A stretch of 64,000 nt of DNA from an uncultured Acidobacteriota bacterium (GCA_963805975.1 CAWDVR010000004.1:32001-96000); one strand, 5' to 3'; shown: positions 28,709 through 42,126, numbered from the stretch's first letter. Notes: generated by a model not told the origin, from the letters alone. Numbers and translations: made by a program.

Positions 28709-31338
28709 GGCGGGCCTTCGGCCTCGTCTTCGTGCAGGATCTCGTAGCTCATCTCGTACCAGTAGTCCGCGTCATCGTGATCGGAAACATCGCCCCAGTA
28801 GAACTCGCCCGTGGCGCTCTTCGACGTCTTCGGATCCAGCGCAGGCACGAACCACTCATGCGAATTCAGCGGCTCGTTGGGGGACAGGTAGTCGTTGTCA
28901 TCGATGCTGTCCTCCTCGCACAGGGTGGGCGCGACCCTCTTCGTGTAATACCGTTCGAGGCCCTTGGAAACCAGCTCATGATTCGTCCCATCTTCATCGA
29001 AGGCCCCGAGGTCGGTGAGATCGTCGACGCAATTCGTGTTCGGGGCGCTGGCGGCGTTGTCGGCATCGAAGCGAGCGTGAATCAAGTCGTCCCAATACCA
29101 GCTCTCCTGGACCGAGCAGACGAGGTTGCGCGGCTTGAGCAGAGTGAGGGTCGTCTCGTAGCGCACCTCCATCTGTGTCGAGCCGACCTCGTCCGGGTCG
29201 CGCCCGAGGCGCACGATGTACTTGGCCTGCTTCCCGGCCGGCCCCGGCGGGGAGAGGCCCCAGGTCCATTCTTCGAAATCGATCACTGTCTCGAAGAGCC
29301 CGTCGACGGCTGACCAGGAGGTATCCCCGAAGAAAAGCATCGGCAGCGGTTGGTTGCATGGGCTCGGGACGCCCTGTCCGCAGTCGGGTAGGGTGGGAGC
29401 GTAGCCGGATGCCAGAAACACCTTGAGACCGCTCTCGCTCGGCTGATTGGGAACGATCGCCAGGTCGTTGACCCGCAAGCGGATCTTGATCTCCGGAAGC
29501 GAGCCGTCAGGGGCCGCGCTGGCCACGAGATGGAAGTACATCTTGTCGGGGTAGAACTCGCCGCCCTCGGGCGCGACGGCGAACTGCGACCAGATCGTGG
29601 GAAACATGTGTCCGGCCTTGAGTGGACAGGCCTCCTTGAACGTCGAGCATGTGACCCTGTGGAAGGAGATGGCGTAGGTGGGGATAGCGTCGAGGTCGGG
29701 CTTGCCGAAGTCGTTCGACAGGGGATCGATGGACTGGGTGGCGAAGACCTTGACGAGGTAGGGCGGCTCGTCGAAGACGTAAACGTCTCCCTCGAAAGTC
29801 CGGTCCGGAACCGACGGCATCGGGCTCGGTACCACCCATTCGAGCGTGCTCTTGTGGAAGGAGGATTTCGGACGCGACAGGTCCTTGGCTTGATATACCT
29901 CCACGGCAACCTGTCCGAGGGCCCCGATCGCCATGGCCCCCTCGAAGTCGACCCAGTACCACTGCACGTTGCCGGGAAAGGCGATGCGGGTGGCGGTGCC
30001 ATCGAAGACGACGCTGTCGGAAACCTTCGGCGCGCCGAAGTCGCTGCCGTCCGGGTTGTCGGGAGAGAAGGCCAGCGTGGGCGAGCAGCGCGGCGCCCGC
30101 TTGCCGAAGTCGGCAACGATGGGCATGTGATCCGACAGTGGGACACCCTCGTCGTTGACCCAGGAGAGGCGCCGCAGGTGTTGCATGCAGAGGAAACCCT
30201 GGTCATCGCGTCCGACGGGCTGGTTGTGCAGGATGTAGTCGTAGCGGAAGCCCTCGTCGCCCTCGAAGGCGAAGTCGGTCCCAACCGTGTTGTCGTTGGC
30301 AGAGCCCGCGGTCGTCTGCCCGAGGTCGAACGGGGAGGTCTCGAAAAAGCCCGGATCGGTGAAGAACTTCCCGCCGTTCTGGTACTCGCAGCTCGTGTCG
30401 TGCTTCATCCCATCAAAGCCGCAGGCATAGAAATCCCCAGTGCTCATCGAGCCGGTCTCGCCCGGCATGAAGTAGCTCGCCCACTCCGGCTTCCCGATGG
30501 CGGTATGGAGCGTGGGATGGGCTCGGTTCCCATCGATGTTCAGATCGCCCCCGAAGAACACGGGTTCCGTCTTCATCTGCGTCTCTGAGAGCGAGCCCAG
30601 GAAAAGCTCCCGTGCCTCGACCATCTGCAGGATGCGGGCGCCCATGGCTTCCCACAGGTCGGAGGTGTCGCCGAGGTCGTAGTGCGCCTGGGTGTGGGTG
30701 AAGGCCACGTCGTAGGGGCAGAGCCCCTGCAGGCGGACCATGGCCACGCCCTTCTCGGCGGCACAGTCGTGGTGGTAGCAGGCCTCGCTGGGGAAGATCT
30801 GGTAGGCAACCTGCCGCGGTGAGCCGCCGCCCCACTCGGTGAGCGCACCGTTCGCCGTCTCGGTCACGCCATAGGCCAGGTAGCGCCAATCGTCGTCGCC
30901 CGACTTCTGGTGCACGTTCTTCTGGAACTCGATGAAGCGGTCCTTGGCGAACAGCATGAGGCCGCTGTCGTTGAGGCTCAGCGAGAACGCGTCGAGCTCG
31001 TAGATGTAGCTCCGGTAGGGGCCGTGCTTGTTGAGCTCCTCGATGAGCGGCTCCTTGCAGTCCGCCTCGCTCCAGGCCTCGTTGATGATGACGACGTCCG
31101 GGTCCTCGCTCTTGATGTGCTCGGCGATCACCTTCATGCGATGGGCGTCGTCGTCGCCGAAGGTGTCCGAGTTGTTGTTGGGCCCATTCACACAGGCCAC
31201 GTTGAAGGTCATCACGCGCAGGTTGCCGCCATCGTTCGCACAGTAGCCCCATGCCGGCGCGGCAACCCCCAGGCCCGCGATGAGTGCCACGCCGGCGAGC
31301 ACGAGAGCATGCGGTCGACGCTGGTGAATTGGGTCCAT
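28705..31338 (-). CDS. Secreted EEP-family (sphingomyelinase C-like) phosphoesterase with C-terminal extension
   Basis: Signal peptide; VMTFNV, INEAW, THTQA, GGDLNI, RYDYI and LSDH. Confidence 0.85.
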   Translation of the reverse strand: MDPIHQRRPHALVLAGVALIAGLGVAAPAWGYCANDGGNLRVMTFNVACVNGPNNNSDTFGDDDAHRMKVIAEHIKSEDPDVVIINEAWSEADCKEPLIEELNKHGPYRSYIYELDAFSLSLNDSGLMLFAKDRFIEFQKNVHQKSGDDDWRYLAYGVTETANGALTEWGGGSPRQVAYQIFPSEACYHHDCAAEKGVAMVRLQGLCPYDVAFTHTQAHYDLGDTSDLWEAMGARILQMVEARELFLGSLSETQMKTEPVFFGGDLNIDGNRAHPTLHTAIGKPEWASYFMPGETGSMSTGDFYACGFDGMKHDTSCEYQNGGKFFTDPGFFETSPFDLGQTTAGSANDNTVGTDFAFEGDEGFRYDYILHNQPVGRDDQGFLCMQHLRRLSWVNDEGVPLSDHMPIVADFGKRAPRCSPTLAFSPDNPDGSDFGAPKVSDSVVFDGTATRIAFPGNVQWYWVDFEGAMAIGALGQVAVEVYQAKDLSRPKSSFHKSTLEWVVPSPMPSVPDRTFEGDVYVFDEPPYLVKVFATQSIDPLSNDFGKPDLDAIPTYAISFHRVTCSTFKEACPLKAGHMFPTIWSQFAVAPEGGEFYPDKMYFHLVASAAPDGSLPEIKIRLRVNDLAIVPNQPSESGLKVFLASGYAPTLPDCGQGVPSPCNQPLPMLFFGDTSWSAVDGLFETVIDFEEWTWGLSPPGPAGKQAKYIVRLGRDPDEVGSTQMEVRYETTLTLLKPRNLVCSVQESWYWDDLIHARFDADNAASAPNTNCVDDLTDLGAFDEDGTNHELVSKGLERYYTKRVAPTLCEEDSIDDNDYLSPNEPLNSHEWFVPALDPKTSKSATGEFYWGDVSDHDDADYWYEMSYEILHEDEAEGPP

Positions 31339-31504
31339 CGGAGTCCTCCTGTTCGTTTGTCTCGGAGGCGCTCGATCGCCCCGTGACCAGGAGAACGGAA
31401 ACGCCGCGGATTCCGGCTCACGGCCGCCGGCGAGCCTCGAGGCGCGCGGCCAGAGGCGGAGAGTGCGGGCCCGCCGGTCGGGTCATGCCGCGCGGGCGGG
31501 CCGT

Positions 31505-34350
<2,846 letters not shown>

Positions 34351-34354
34351 GGCT

Positions 34355-34921
34355 CTACCCCCGTTCGCTCAGCCTCCGGTACAGCCAGGCCCTGGCCGTG
34401 GCCCATTCGCGCTTGATCGTCGCGGCCGAGAGCGCCAGCGTCGCCGCCGTCTCCTCGATGCCGAGCCCGGCGAAGAAGCGCAGCTCGATAATCCGCGCCT
34501 GGCGTTCGTCCAGCCGAGCCAGCTCGCCCAAGGCGGTGTCCAGGTCTTCGAGGTCGACGTCCCGCGACGGAGCGCTGACGATCCCCTCGTCGAGTGTCAC
34601 CCGCACCGCACCGCCGCCCCGCTTGCCGGCGCCGCGCGCCCGTGCCTGGTCGACGAGGAGCTGGCGCATCACCTTCGCCGCCAGCCCGAAAAAGCCGGCG
34701 CGGTCGGCGAACGACAGGCCTTGCTGGCCGGCGAGCTTGAGGTACGCCTCGTTGACCAGCGCCGTCGGCTGCAGAGTTTGGCCTTTCGGCTGGCGCCTCA
34801 TGTAGGCCCCAGCCAGCCGGCGCAGCTCGTCGTAGAGCAACGGCAGGAGCTCCTCGAGCGATTGGGCATCGCCCCCGCCCCGGCGTTGGAGCAGCCGCGT
34901 CACCTCCCCCAAAGGCCTCAT
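34355..34921 (-). CDS. ECF sigma factor, kinase-associated type
   Basis: LYDELRRLA, TLQPTALVNEAYLKL, TIKREWATARAWL; directly upstream of the kinase. Confidence 0.92.
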   Translation of the reverse strand: MRPLGEVTRLLQRRGGGDAQSLEELLPLLYDELRRLAGAYMRRQPKGQTLQPTALVNEAYLKLAGQQGLSFADRAGFFGLAAKVMRQLLVDQARARGAGKRGGGAVRVTLDEGIVSAPSRDVDLEDLDTALGELARLDERQARIIELRFFAGLGIEETAATLALSAATIKREWATARAWLYRRLSERG

Positions 34922-35524
34922 GAGCGTTGGTGGGATTCTATGATGAGCCGCGCGGCCAGGCGGCAGCGAGGCGGGAGTCGCTATGGGAATTGACGGCACC
35001 AGGTCCCGACCAGCTTGCAAATTCACCTCAGAAGGGCGGTCGGAACCGAGTCCTCCTACGGCACCTTCTTGACCGAGCGTGAAAGCGGCGGTGCCGGGAA
35101 ACAACCGAGACCGTGCGCCTCTTGAAGCGCACGCTCGAAGCGGCCCCTGTACGTCGTGCGCTTTTCCCACGGCCAACTGTCACGGCACACTCGTGTGCAG
35201 AGGGCCAGGAGATGAAGCCTGCCTCTCGAGTACGGGTCGCTACCGACGCGCGAGAGCACTTTCCCGGCGTTTTTCCTCTGCCGGATAGCAAGGCTGCTGT
35301 AGGCACTCCGAGCGTGCTCGGAGCTTGGTCCTTCGTGTCTCGAAGGCTCGCTGGACACCGTCGTTGCCTCTCAGCGGCACGGCTTTAGAAAGCCACGGAC
35401 GCTCCTACTCTTCACTCTCCGGTCTCGCGCCCGGCAAACCGCAGCACAATGCCCATAGAGCCGCTTGCGAGCGAGGCTTGCCGCAGTGGCCGGCCTTCGG
35501 TGTCGCGGCGGCGAAGGAGGAGCT

Positions 35525-35824
35525 ATGCAGTATCGGAGCTCGAAGCGACTGGCGGCGCTGGTGCTCGTTCTAGCGCTCGTCGCGCCGGCGGCTTGGGCAG
35601 GGCCGGAGGCGGGAGGTTGGTTTCACCTTGGTGGACCGTGGGACTGGCTCTCCAGGGTGATGACCGGGTGGGCAGCGAAGGAGGGTCGGCACACCGCGAC
35701 GAAACATGGGCCCTGTATCATCCCAGACGGCCAAACTATGTGCGCTCCGGCATCTGGCTCTAATCAGCCCGCATTTGATGTAGGCCATCGCTCTGCCCAG
35801 AGCGGAAAGCCTCACGAACACTAA
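35525..35824 (+). CDS. Small secreted protein / putative propeptide
   Basis: AGGAGG RBS; Sec signal ending AWA; Trp-rich helix; KHGPCIIPDG motif. Confidence 0.7.
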   Translation: MQYRSSKRLAALVLVLALVAPAAWAGPEAGGWFHLGGPWDWLSRVMTGWAAKEGRHTATKHGPCIIPDGQTMCAPASGSNQPAFDVGHRSAQSGKPHEH

Positions 35825-35913
35825 CGCAGGCGTTCGAGCGGCCTCCCATTGAGGCAGGGAAGGTCTCATAGCCTTCCCTGACCTTTTCCTCCTCTTGTAT
35901 AGTCGCGTTACAG

Positions 35914-37113
35914 ATGCCAGGAAAACGAGGGAGGTACAGGAGGGCCATCCGCCGTGGCCTTGCACGAGGGTTAGAGCGGGCCTGGGCACCACTGCCACCG
36001 GCCGATTTGGAACGAACCTGTGGGTGGCTCGCGAATCTCACCTCCGCAGAGCGAGCACTCTGGGTACGTAACACTCGGCGTGCCGGTCACCCGCAACTGG
36101 TGAGTCATTTGATCGAGAAGAGCTACACGGCTCGACTGACTCAGCCCTCCGCAGCACTGTACTTGGCTCAAGTCGCCGTTGAGACTGCAGAGGCACAAGA
36201 TCTGGGAGTCGAATGGTCCGAGCTTCTGGCTGATCTTCGTGCGCAGGCGTGGGGAAACCTGGCTAACGGATATCGGCTGGTTGAGGATCTCAGGAAGGCG
36301 GAGCATGCTTGGATTCAGGCAGACGAGCGTATGGCGAGCGGGTCCGGTGACCAAGCTCTCGCTGCTGAACTGTTTCGCCGGAAGGGCCTTCTCAGGCTGG
36401 CGCAGGATCGCTTTCCTGAAGCTCTAATTCTGCTGGAAAAATCCGTGGCTTTGAGTGGCCGCGTCGGTGAGATCCATGCTGCTGGAAAGGCGCAGATGGA
36501 ACTGGCGATCACCCACTTCTACGCCGGCGATGCAAAGGCCGCTCTCGCCCAGGTTCCTCTTGCTGCGCAGCAGCTCGATACTCTGGCCGAGCCGGAGATG
36601 GGCCTTGCCCTGATCCACAACACCCTGTTCTTCCTGGAGGCGGATCACCAAGAGCAGCTCGCGCTCGCCTTGGTGGACCGAGCCGACCCCTGGTACAGGG
36701 AGCTCGACTCGCCGCTTCTAGGCCACCGCGCGGGGTGGCTGCGGGGACGGCTACACCTGGCTCTGGGCCACTACCGTACGGCGACGGCCTACCTGGAGGT
36801 GGCCCGGCGCGGGTTCGTGGCGGCCGGCCAACCCTACGATGCGGCCCTCACGGGTTTCGACCTCGGTCTGGCCTGGACCCACCTCGGTGGCCACTACCGC
36901 GTGGCGCACATGGCGCAGGAGATGCACTCCGTGTTCGTGGCGCAGGAGATCCCACGCGAGGCTGCGGCCACGCTCCTCCTCTTCGCCGACGCAGCCAAGC
37001 AGCAGCGGCTCAATCTGACCTTGATGCGCCAGCTCGCCCAGAAGCTCGAACCGTTGCGGAGGCCCGGCGCCCGGCCGGAGCCCACGCCCGCCGACAACGG
37101 CGAGCTCTCCTGA
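35914..37113 (+). CDS. TPR-like alpha-solenoid protein
   Basis: AQAWGNLANGYRL, FPEALILLEKSV and similar helical repeats. Confidence 0.8.
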   Translation: MPGKRGRYRRAIRRGLARGLERAWAPLPPADLERTCGWLANLTSAERALWVRNTRRAGHPQLVSHLIEKSYTARLTQPSAALYLAQVAVETAEAQDLGVEWSELLADLRAQAWGNLANGYRLVEDLRKAEHAWIQADERMASGSGDQALAAELFRRKGLLRLAQDRFPEALILLEKSVALSGRVGEIHAAGKAQMELAITHFYAGDAKAALAQVPLAAQQLDTLAEPEMGLALIHNTLFFLEADHQEQLALALVDRADPWYRELDSPLLGHRAGWLRGRLHLALGHYRTATAYLEVARRGFVAAGQPYDAALTGFDLGLAWTHLGGHYRVAHMAQEMHSVFVAQEIPREAAATLLLFADAAKQQRLNLTLMRQLAQKLEPLRRPGARPEPTPADNGELS

Positions 37114-37129
37114 AACCTCCGCGTAAGCG

Positions 37130-37924
37130 TCAGTCGGCTGGAGGCTCGGCCGGCGGACCGTTCTCCGGCTCGCCGTTCGGGGCCTTCTCGGGCTCCGGCT
37201 GGCTCTTCTTCAGGCGCTCACGGCGTAGGAGAAAGCCCTCATCGGTCTTCTGCACCACGGACTCGAGCAGGACCAGCAGGTTCTCGCGCTCGAGGCGCCT
37301 CGCGGGAGACTCGGGCTCGGGCAGGAAGAGAGCGAGAAACATCCGGCCGGGGTCCGCTTCCAGGGCTTCGATCGTGCCCAGGACGTGAAAGAAGGTGAGC
37401 TGGGACTCGCCCCGGAGTGCCTGCCCGAGAGCTGTCGAGCCGAGCCCCAGGCTCCTGGAGATCGAGCTCGTCGTCCGGCCTCCCCGTCGGATCTCCCGCT
37501 TGAGCCACTCCCCCAGGCGCAGGCTGTACTCCCTGGGGCTTGCGCTCCCCACCTTCCGGAACTGCTCGCGGATCGCCTCTTCGAGAGTCATCACACCGGG
37601 TAGGTCGAAGGGGCTTCCTGCACCGGCCGCGTAGAGCCCAGCCTGGCTGCCCCCGAAGGGATAGACCGCGCGGAAGAACTCGTAAGGCACCGTCCCCAGG
37701 TGCGCCAGTACCTCGAAGACCACCTCGACCCGCAAGGGCCGATGGCCGTTGAAGCACCGCGTGAGAAAGGTGGAGTGCCAGCCGAGTGCGAGGGAGACGG
37801 CGCGGGCGGAGGTCTTGTGGTCCCGCAACCACGCTTGGAGAGCTTTTCCCAGAGCCAAGGCCCCGGAGTGGGATTTCATCGGAGCTTTTATATCACGGGC
37901 CAATTCGGCCATAATCGACCCCAT
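37130..37924 (-). CDS. Transcriptional regulator with tandem XRE-type HTH domains
   Basis: Two related units: SARAVSLALGW..FLTRCFNG..L and TTSSISRSLGL..ALGQALRG..L. Confidence 0.75.
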   Translation of the reverse strand: MGSIMAELARDIKAPMKSHSGALALGKALQAWLRDHKTSARAVSLALGWHSTFLTRCFNGHRPLRVEVVFEVLAHLGTVPYEFFRAVYPFGGSQAGLYAAGAGSPFDLPGVMTLEEAIREQFRKVGSASPREYSLRLGEWLKREIRRGGRTTSSISRSLGLGSTALGQALRGESQLTFFHVLGTIEALEADPGRMFLALFLPEPESPARRLERENLLVLLESVVQKTDEGFLLRRERLKKSQPEPEKAPNGEPENGPPAEPPAD

Positions 37925-38333
37925 ATGCCTGCTAATGGTAATTAGTGTCGTGCTGGCGTGCCTTTCGCTTCGAGGTAAGAAAGAGGGCCACGATGCAATC
38001 CCAAGCGAGCACAAGACCCGGCTCGAACCCGAGCGGACAGGAGGTTGCCGAGCGCCGCCCCTGCGCAGGGATGCGGCAGAACCGCAACCGCGACTCTCAG
38101 CTCGCGTCTCAGAAGTCAAAGACTCAGCACACCCTTCTCCTCCTGGGCCGCGGCGGCCCTTGTCGTTCCCCTTCTTCGGACACTGGCCGCAAAGGCCGGC
38201 GCAGTCCCCACCGTCCTCAGCGAAAGCCCTGGTTCCTTCGATCCTGCCGCCGTGGCCTGGGGGGAGCCTAGGGTTCTACCGCGGAGCTCGGAGCTGGCGG
38301 CGGCTTACCGTCTCTCGCCTGCCCGGTGAGCCG

Positions 38334-38792
38334 ATGAGCGACGAGCCCGAGAGCCTCGAGCCTCCCCGCCCCGTGACCTTGGTCGGCCGGGCGCTCCGGG
38401 AGAGCCTCGCCACGCTTCCGGGCTGGAGGCCAACGGCCGGCTGCCGGCAGCTCCACCAGATCTGGCAGTTCCAATCCAAGACCGAAGCCTCGGCCTTCGT
38501 GGTCATGGTGGTGGCTCTCTGCTTCGCACGGCGGATGCTGCCGGACCACTCGTTGTTCGGCACCACGGTGACCTTCCGGCTCGGCGACTCGGAGGCGCGT
38601 GGCATCACGGCCCGCTTGGTGGAGCTCGCGCGGCTGATCTCGACTCTGGCGGAACCTGCGGGCAACCGCTGGCGGCTGCGCCCAGGGATTGTCGAGCGGC
38701 TCGCGGAAGAGGCTTGCGAGCCTTCGGCCGGTGGTACGGCGCCGCACCCTCCCCCCTCGAACTCGATCGAAGAGGAAACGAAGGAACCATGA
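38334..38792 (+). CDS. Pterin-4a-carbinolamine dehydratase-like (DCoH fold) protein
   Basis: LATLPGW...WQF....EASAFV...GIT...ELARLI; the catalytic HHP motif is not conserved. Confidence 0.6.
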   Translation: MSDEPESLEPPRPVTLVGRALRESLATLPGWRPTAGCRQLHQIWQFQSKTEASAFVVMVVALCFARRMLPDHSLFGTTVTFRLGDSEARGITARLVELARLISTLAEPAGNRWRLRPGIVERLAEEACEPSAGGTAPHPPPSNSIEEETKEP

Positions 38793-38967
38793 GGCACCGT
38801 CCACTGCGACCCCTGCGCTCGACCGCAACGACTCCGGGTCTCGCCCTGATCCTCTCGGCTGGCCTCGCCGACGGTTGGCTTCTCGCCAGCTCCAGGGCCT
38901 TGGCGGAGCATCCGGAGGCCGAGGGACTCGGTCTCTGGCTTTCGGCGAGAGCCGCGGGCGCGACGCC

Positions 38968-39342
38968 ATGAATGGCACAGCAGGGAGCCCCATAAACGGC
39001 GCGGGACCCCCCGTCCCCAGCCGCTCCGAGACCCTGGTGCTGTGGACCACCGCAGCCAACGGAGACCTCGAGCACACGTTCTTCTTTGGGTCGGTCACGC
39101 TCGCGACGCCGTTCGCCGTCACAGCGATGCTACTCGCCAACTTCGCTTCCGTGAGGTATCGGCTCGAGGCGGACGCCGAGACGGTGACGGTGCGGATCAA
39201 GGGGAGCGAGCGGGAGGTGGACTCCGAGGCCGTGCTCTTCGCCGACAAGCTCCAGGCGCTCTTTCGCCAGCAAGACCCGCGGGGCCTCCTCGCCGAGGTG
39301 GCGACGAAGCAGGGCACTCGGCGCCGGAACCAGGCGTCATGA
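38968..39342 (+). CDS. Hypothetical protein
   Basis: ATGA-coupled on both sides, via a small ORF at 38789-38971 upstream. Confidence 0.6.
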   Translation: MNGTAGSPINGAGPPVPSRSETLVLWTTAANGDLEHTFFFGSVTLATPFAVTAMLLANFASVRYRLEADAETVTVRIKGSEREVDSEAVLFADKLQALFRQQDPRGLLAEVATKQGTRRRNQAS

Positions 39343-40270
39343 GCATCGGTAGAGCCGCTCCAGGCCACGTCTCGATCGAGAGCTTCCGGTCGATGCGCGC
39401 TGGGAAGCTGGCGCCGGTCCAGCTCCTCGACGAGCTCCTCGCCCACCTCACGGAGGTCTGCCCCGGCTGCGCGGGCGAGTTGGAGGGCTCGCAATCGATG
39501 CCTTGGGGGGCGAGCTACAGGAGGCGGTCGAGAGGGGCTTGGAAGCAGCTCTTAGAGACGTGCCCGAGTCGCCCCCCGTCTCGTGGCAGACCATGGTGGA
39601 TACCTACCTAGCCCTGCCGCACGCCTCGCGTCTCGCCCTCCTCGAAACCGATCCTTGGGCCACGCGGGTGGAGCTGGCGCTCGCTTTGGTCGAACGAGCT
39701 CGAGACCTCGTCGCCGAGTCGCGAAGCGAGGCCCGCGAGCTGGTGGAGCTGGCCTTCGCGGCCGCGGGCCACGCCGCCAACGAGACACAAGCCCTGGACT
39801 CGGCTCCTCAGCTCGCGGTCGTGGATGCTCTGACCGGTGCCTGGGCCGTGCGCGCAGAGGCGGACCTTCTCGACGAGCGCCCGCGGACGGCGCAGGAGGC
39901 CCTCCTCACCGCCCAGCTCCTGCTGCTCTGCGGCTCGGGAGACCCCAACGTGATTGGTGCCCTGGCGATGACCCAGGCGCTCTTCGAATGGAAAGAGGAC
40001 GACACCGAGGCGAGCGTCCAGCTCCTCACCGAGGCGGCGGGACTCTTCCGGAGCGCCGGCGAGCCACGGCGCGAGGCCCTGGCCTGGGTGCGGCTCGCCG
40101 TCGTGCTCGAACACGCGGACCTCGGAGCAGAAGCCGAGCAGGCGTGGGCACGGGTCCAAGAGATCGGCCGGCGGGAAGGCTTCGAGACCAACGCGCGTCC
40201 CAACGACACCCTCCTTCGGGATCTCCTGGAGCACCTCAGCGAGGAAGAGCTGGGAGGGGAGCCGTCGTGA
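39339..40270 (+). CDS. Zinc-finger (HLxxxCxxC) plus TPR-like protein (frameshift near 39500)
   Basis: LAHLTEVCPGC followed by helical repeats similar in style to 35914-37113. Confidence 0.65.
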
Positions 40271-40514
40271 GGAAAGGCTACTGTGGCCGGTCCTCTGACC
40301 CCGGAAGGCGATGCCGCGCCGTAGCGTCAGCGCGGAGCACCGGGCCATAGCCGACCGCTGCCTGGCAGCCCCACCCGAAGGTGGATGGGGCTGTGTCCGA
40401 GCCTGGCGAGCCTGATCGGCCACCCTCTCCGAGCTCAGCTGCCCCAAGCAGGACTTCACGAGAAGTCGGAAGCAGCGTCAGCCCAGCTCCATAGCCTCAC
40501 GCGCATGGACGTAT

Positions 40515-40652
40515 TTGACAGCGTAGAACTAGCTAGGCAGAGTCTCCATCGCTACCAGCAGAGGAGTCATGCGGAACGAGTGAAGGGGCGGCCAGACTTG
40601 GGCGGGTCCATGCGACCGACTGTCGCTGCTCCTCCCCAGAACGGGAGTGGGA
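40515..40652 (+). repeat. Dispersed repeat copy B, preceded by TTGACA
   Basis: 40534-40652 matches 1-120; TTGACA-N17-CAGAGT at 40515-40543. Confidence 0.85.
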
Positions 40653-41337
40653 GGTAGCCAGGCGAGATGACCTCGCTTCTTTCATCCTCAAGCTGCGCGC
40701 TGGGGCGCAGGCTTGGGACGACCTTGTCGCAGAAGATCCCGCACGCTCTGCGTCCGGGCCATGTCGCAGAACCCGCTGACGGCTACCGTGGCGAACGGGA
40801 TCAACGTCCACACCGGCTGGAGTTCGATCGCGCCCAACGCCGCCGCCGGACAGGAGCCAACGCGGCAGAATCCTGTCGCAGAAGCTCCAACTGTCCTACC
40901 GCCCTTGACAGATGCTTTCGCGTCCGCGCCCGGCCAGGCACTAGCCTCGGCAGTTGAAAATCCGCCGGCTCAGTAGGTTACGCGACGGTATCTGATTGCC
41001 GGGGCTCTGTCAGGGGATCACCAAGACTTCTTGGAAGGTCGGGCGCCGCCAGGAAGGCCCGGATGCGCCACTCCGCGTCGCGTTGCTTCCCACAGAGCTG
41101 GGTGTAGAGTGATGCCAACTGATGGGAGGCCAAGGAGTTGAGGACGGCTCGATACCTGAGCCTCTCGCAGCCAAAGCGACTCTCCACGTCGGGCGAACAC
41201 CATTCGAGTCGATGTCGCGTAAACCATGAGGTCTGAGTTCGGGCGTCTGATCTACCGGGGCAGTCTCCTCTGAGCGCGACATGCGACGTCAGGACGACTG
41301 GAGCAGTGTGAACCCTACGGCTGCATGAGACCAGAAG

Positions 41338-42126
41338 ATGAGAATTCTCAACATGAGTCAGGAGCGAGCGCATGGAGCAGCGGGTCGAAGAGTAGAGGCA
41401 CAGCTCCGGAAGGAGTTTCGTCGATACGTTCAGCTCTTTGACCGAGCATGCGATCTTGCGCGGAGGGTTCTCGAGCACTCCGGTGTGCAGCCGGACGACA
41501 TGCAGCAGTTGGTCTGTGCAGCGCTACTCGGCCGCTTGCTCAGGGCAGCGCAGGCGGGAGTGCTTCTGGCTCTTCGGGGTCTTCAGCATGATTCGATTGC
41601 ATCTCTACGCGTTTCCCTGGAAGTCTTGGCCTACCTCAAGAGATGCAGCGACAGCAAGGAGTTCCTGGACGCTTACCGAAAGAGCGATCTGGTTCGGAAG
41701 CTCAAGCTTGCGCGGGCTAGCCAGAGGGTATCCAGCAAGACCCCAGAGGAGATCGCAACTTATCAGAAGTATGAAAAGCATTGGAAGTCTCTCACAGACA
41801 AGGCCGATGCCAAGGCGCTGAAACTGGAGCAGGTTTTGAGCGACGCTGGCATGAGCGATCACTACAACACGGTCTATCGGTTGACGAGCGACGCGATTCA
41901 TGCGCTTCCTCGCATTCTCGACGATCTAGCGGTGAACACTGACGGCCGCCTGTCAGGTCTTGATTTCGGCCCGAGGACTGATCGCTTCGTACTGAACGTG
42001 GTCTCGTTCACCGAATTCCTCTTGGACGGCATCGAGCACTTCTCCAGCGTTGTATCGGTCGAGGAGAGCGAACGTCTTTCGAGGATCCGAAGAGATCTTG
42101 CCAGGGCAGCACCCGCCTGGCAATGA
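41338..42126 (+). CDS. DUF5677-like (HEPN-like) protein, probable cassette
   Basis: LRVSLE...YNTVYRLTSDAIH; followed by an attC. Confidence 0.7.
   Translation: MRILNMSQERAHGAAGRRVEAQLRKEFRRYVQLFDRACDLARRVLEHSGVQPDDMQQLVCAALLGRLLRAAQAGVLLALRGLQHDSIASLRVSLEVLAYLKRCSDSKEFLDAYRKSDLVRKLKLARASQRVSSKTPEEIATYQKYEKHWKSLTDKADAKALKLEQVLSDAGMSDHYNTVYRLTSDAIHALPRILDDLAVNTDGRLSGLDFGPRTDRFVLNVVSFTEFLLDGIEHFSSVVSVEESERLSRIRRDLARAAPAWQ

Noticed and set aside
41190-41245. attC upstream of the DUF5677-like gene (GGCGAAC...GTTCGGG)
   Set aside because: The inner arms do not pair convincingly.
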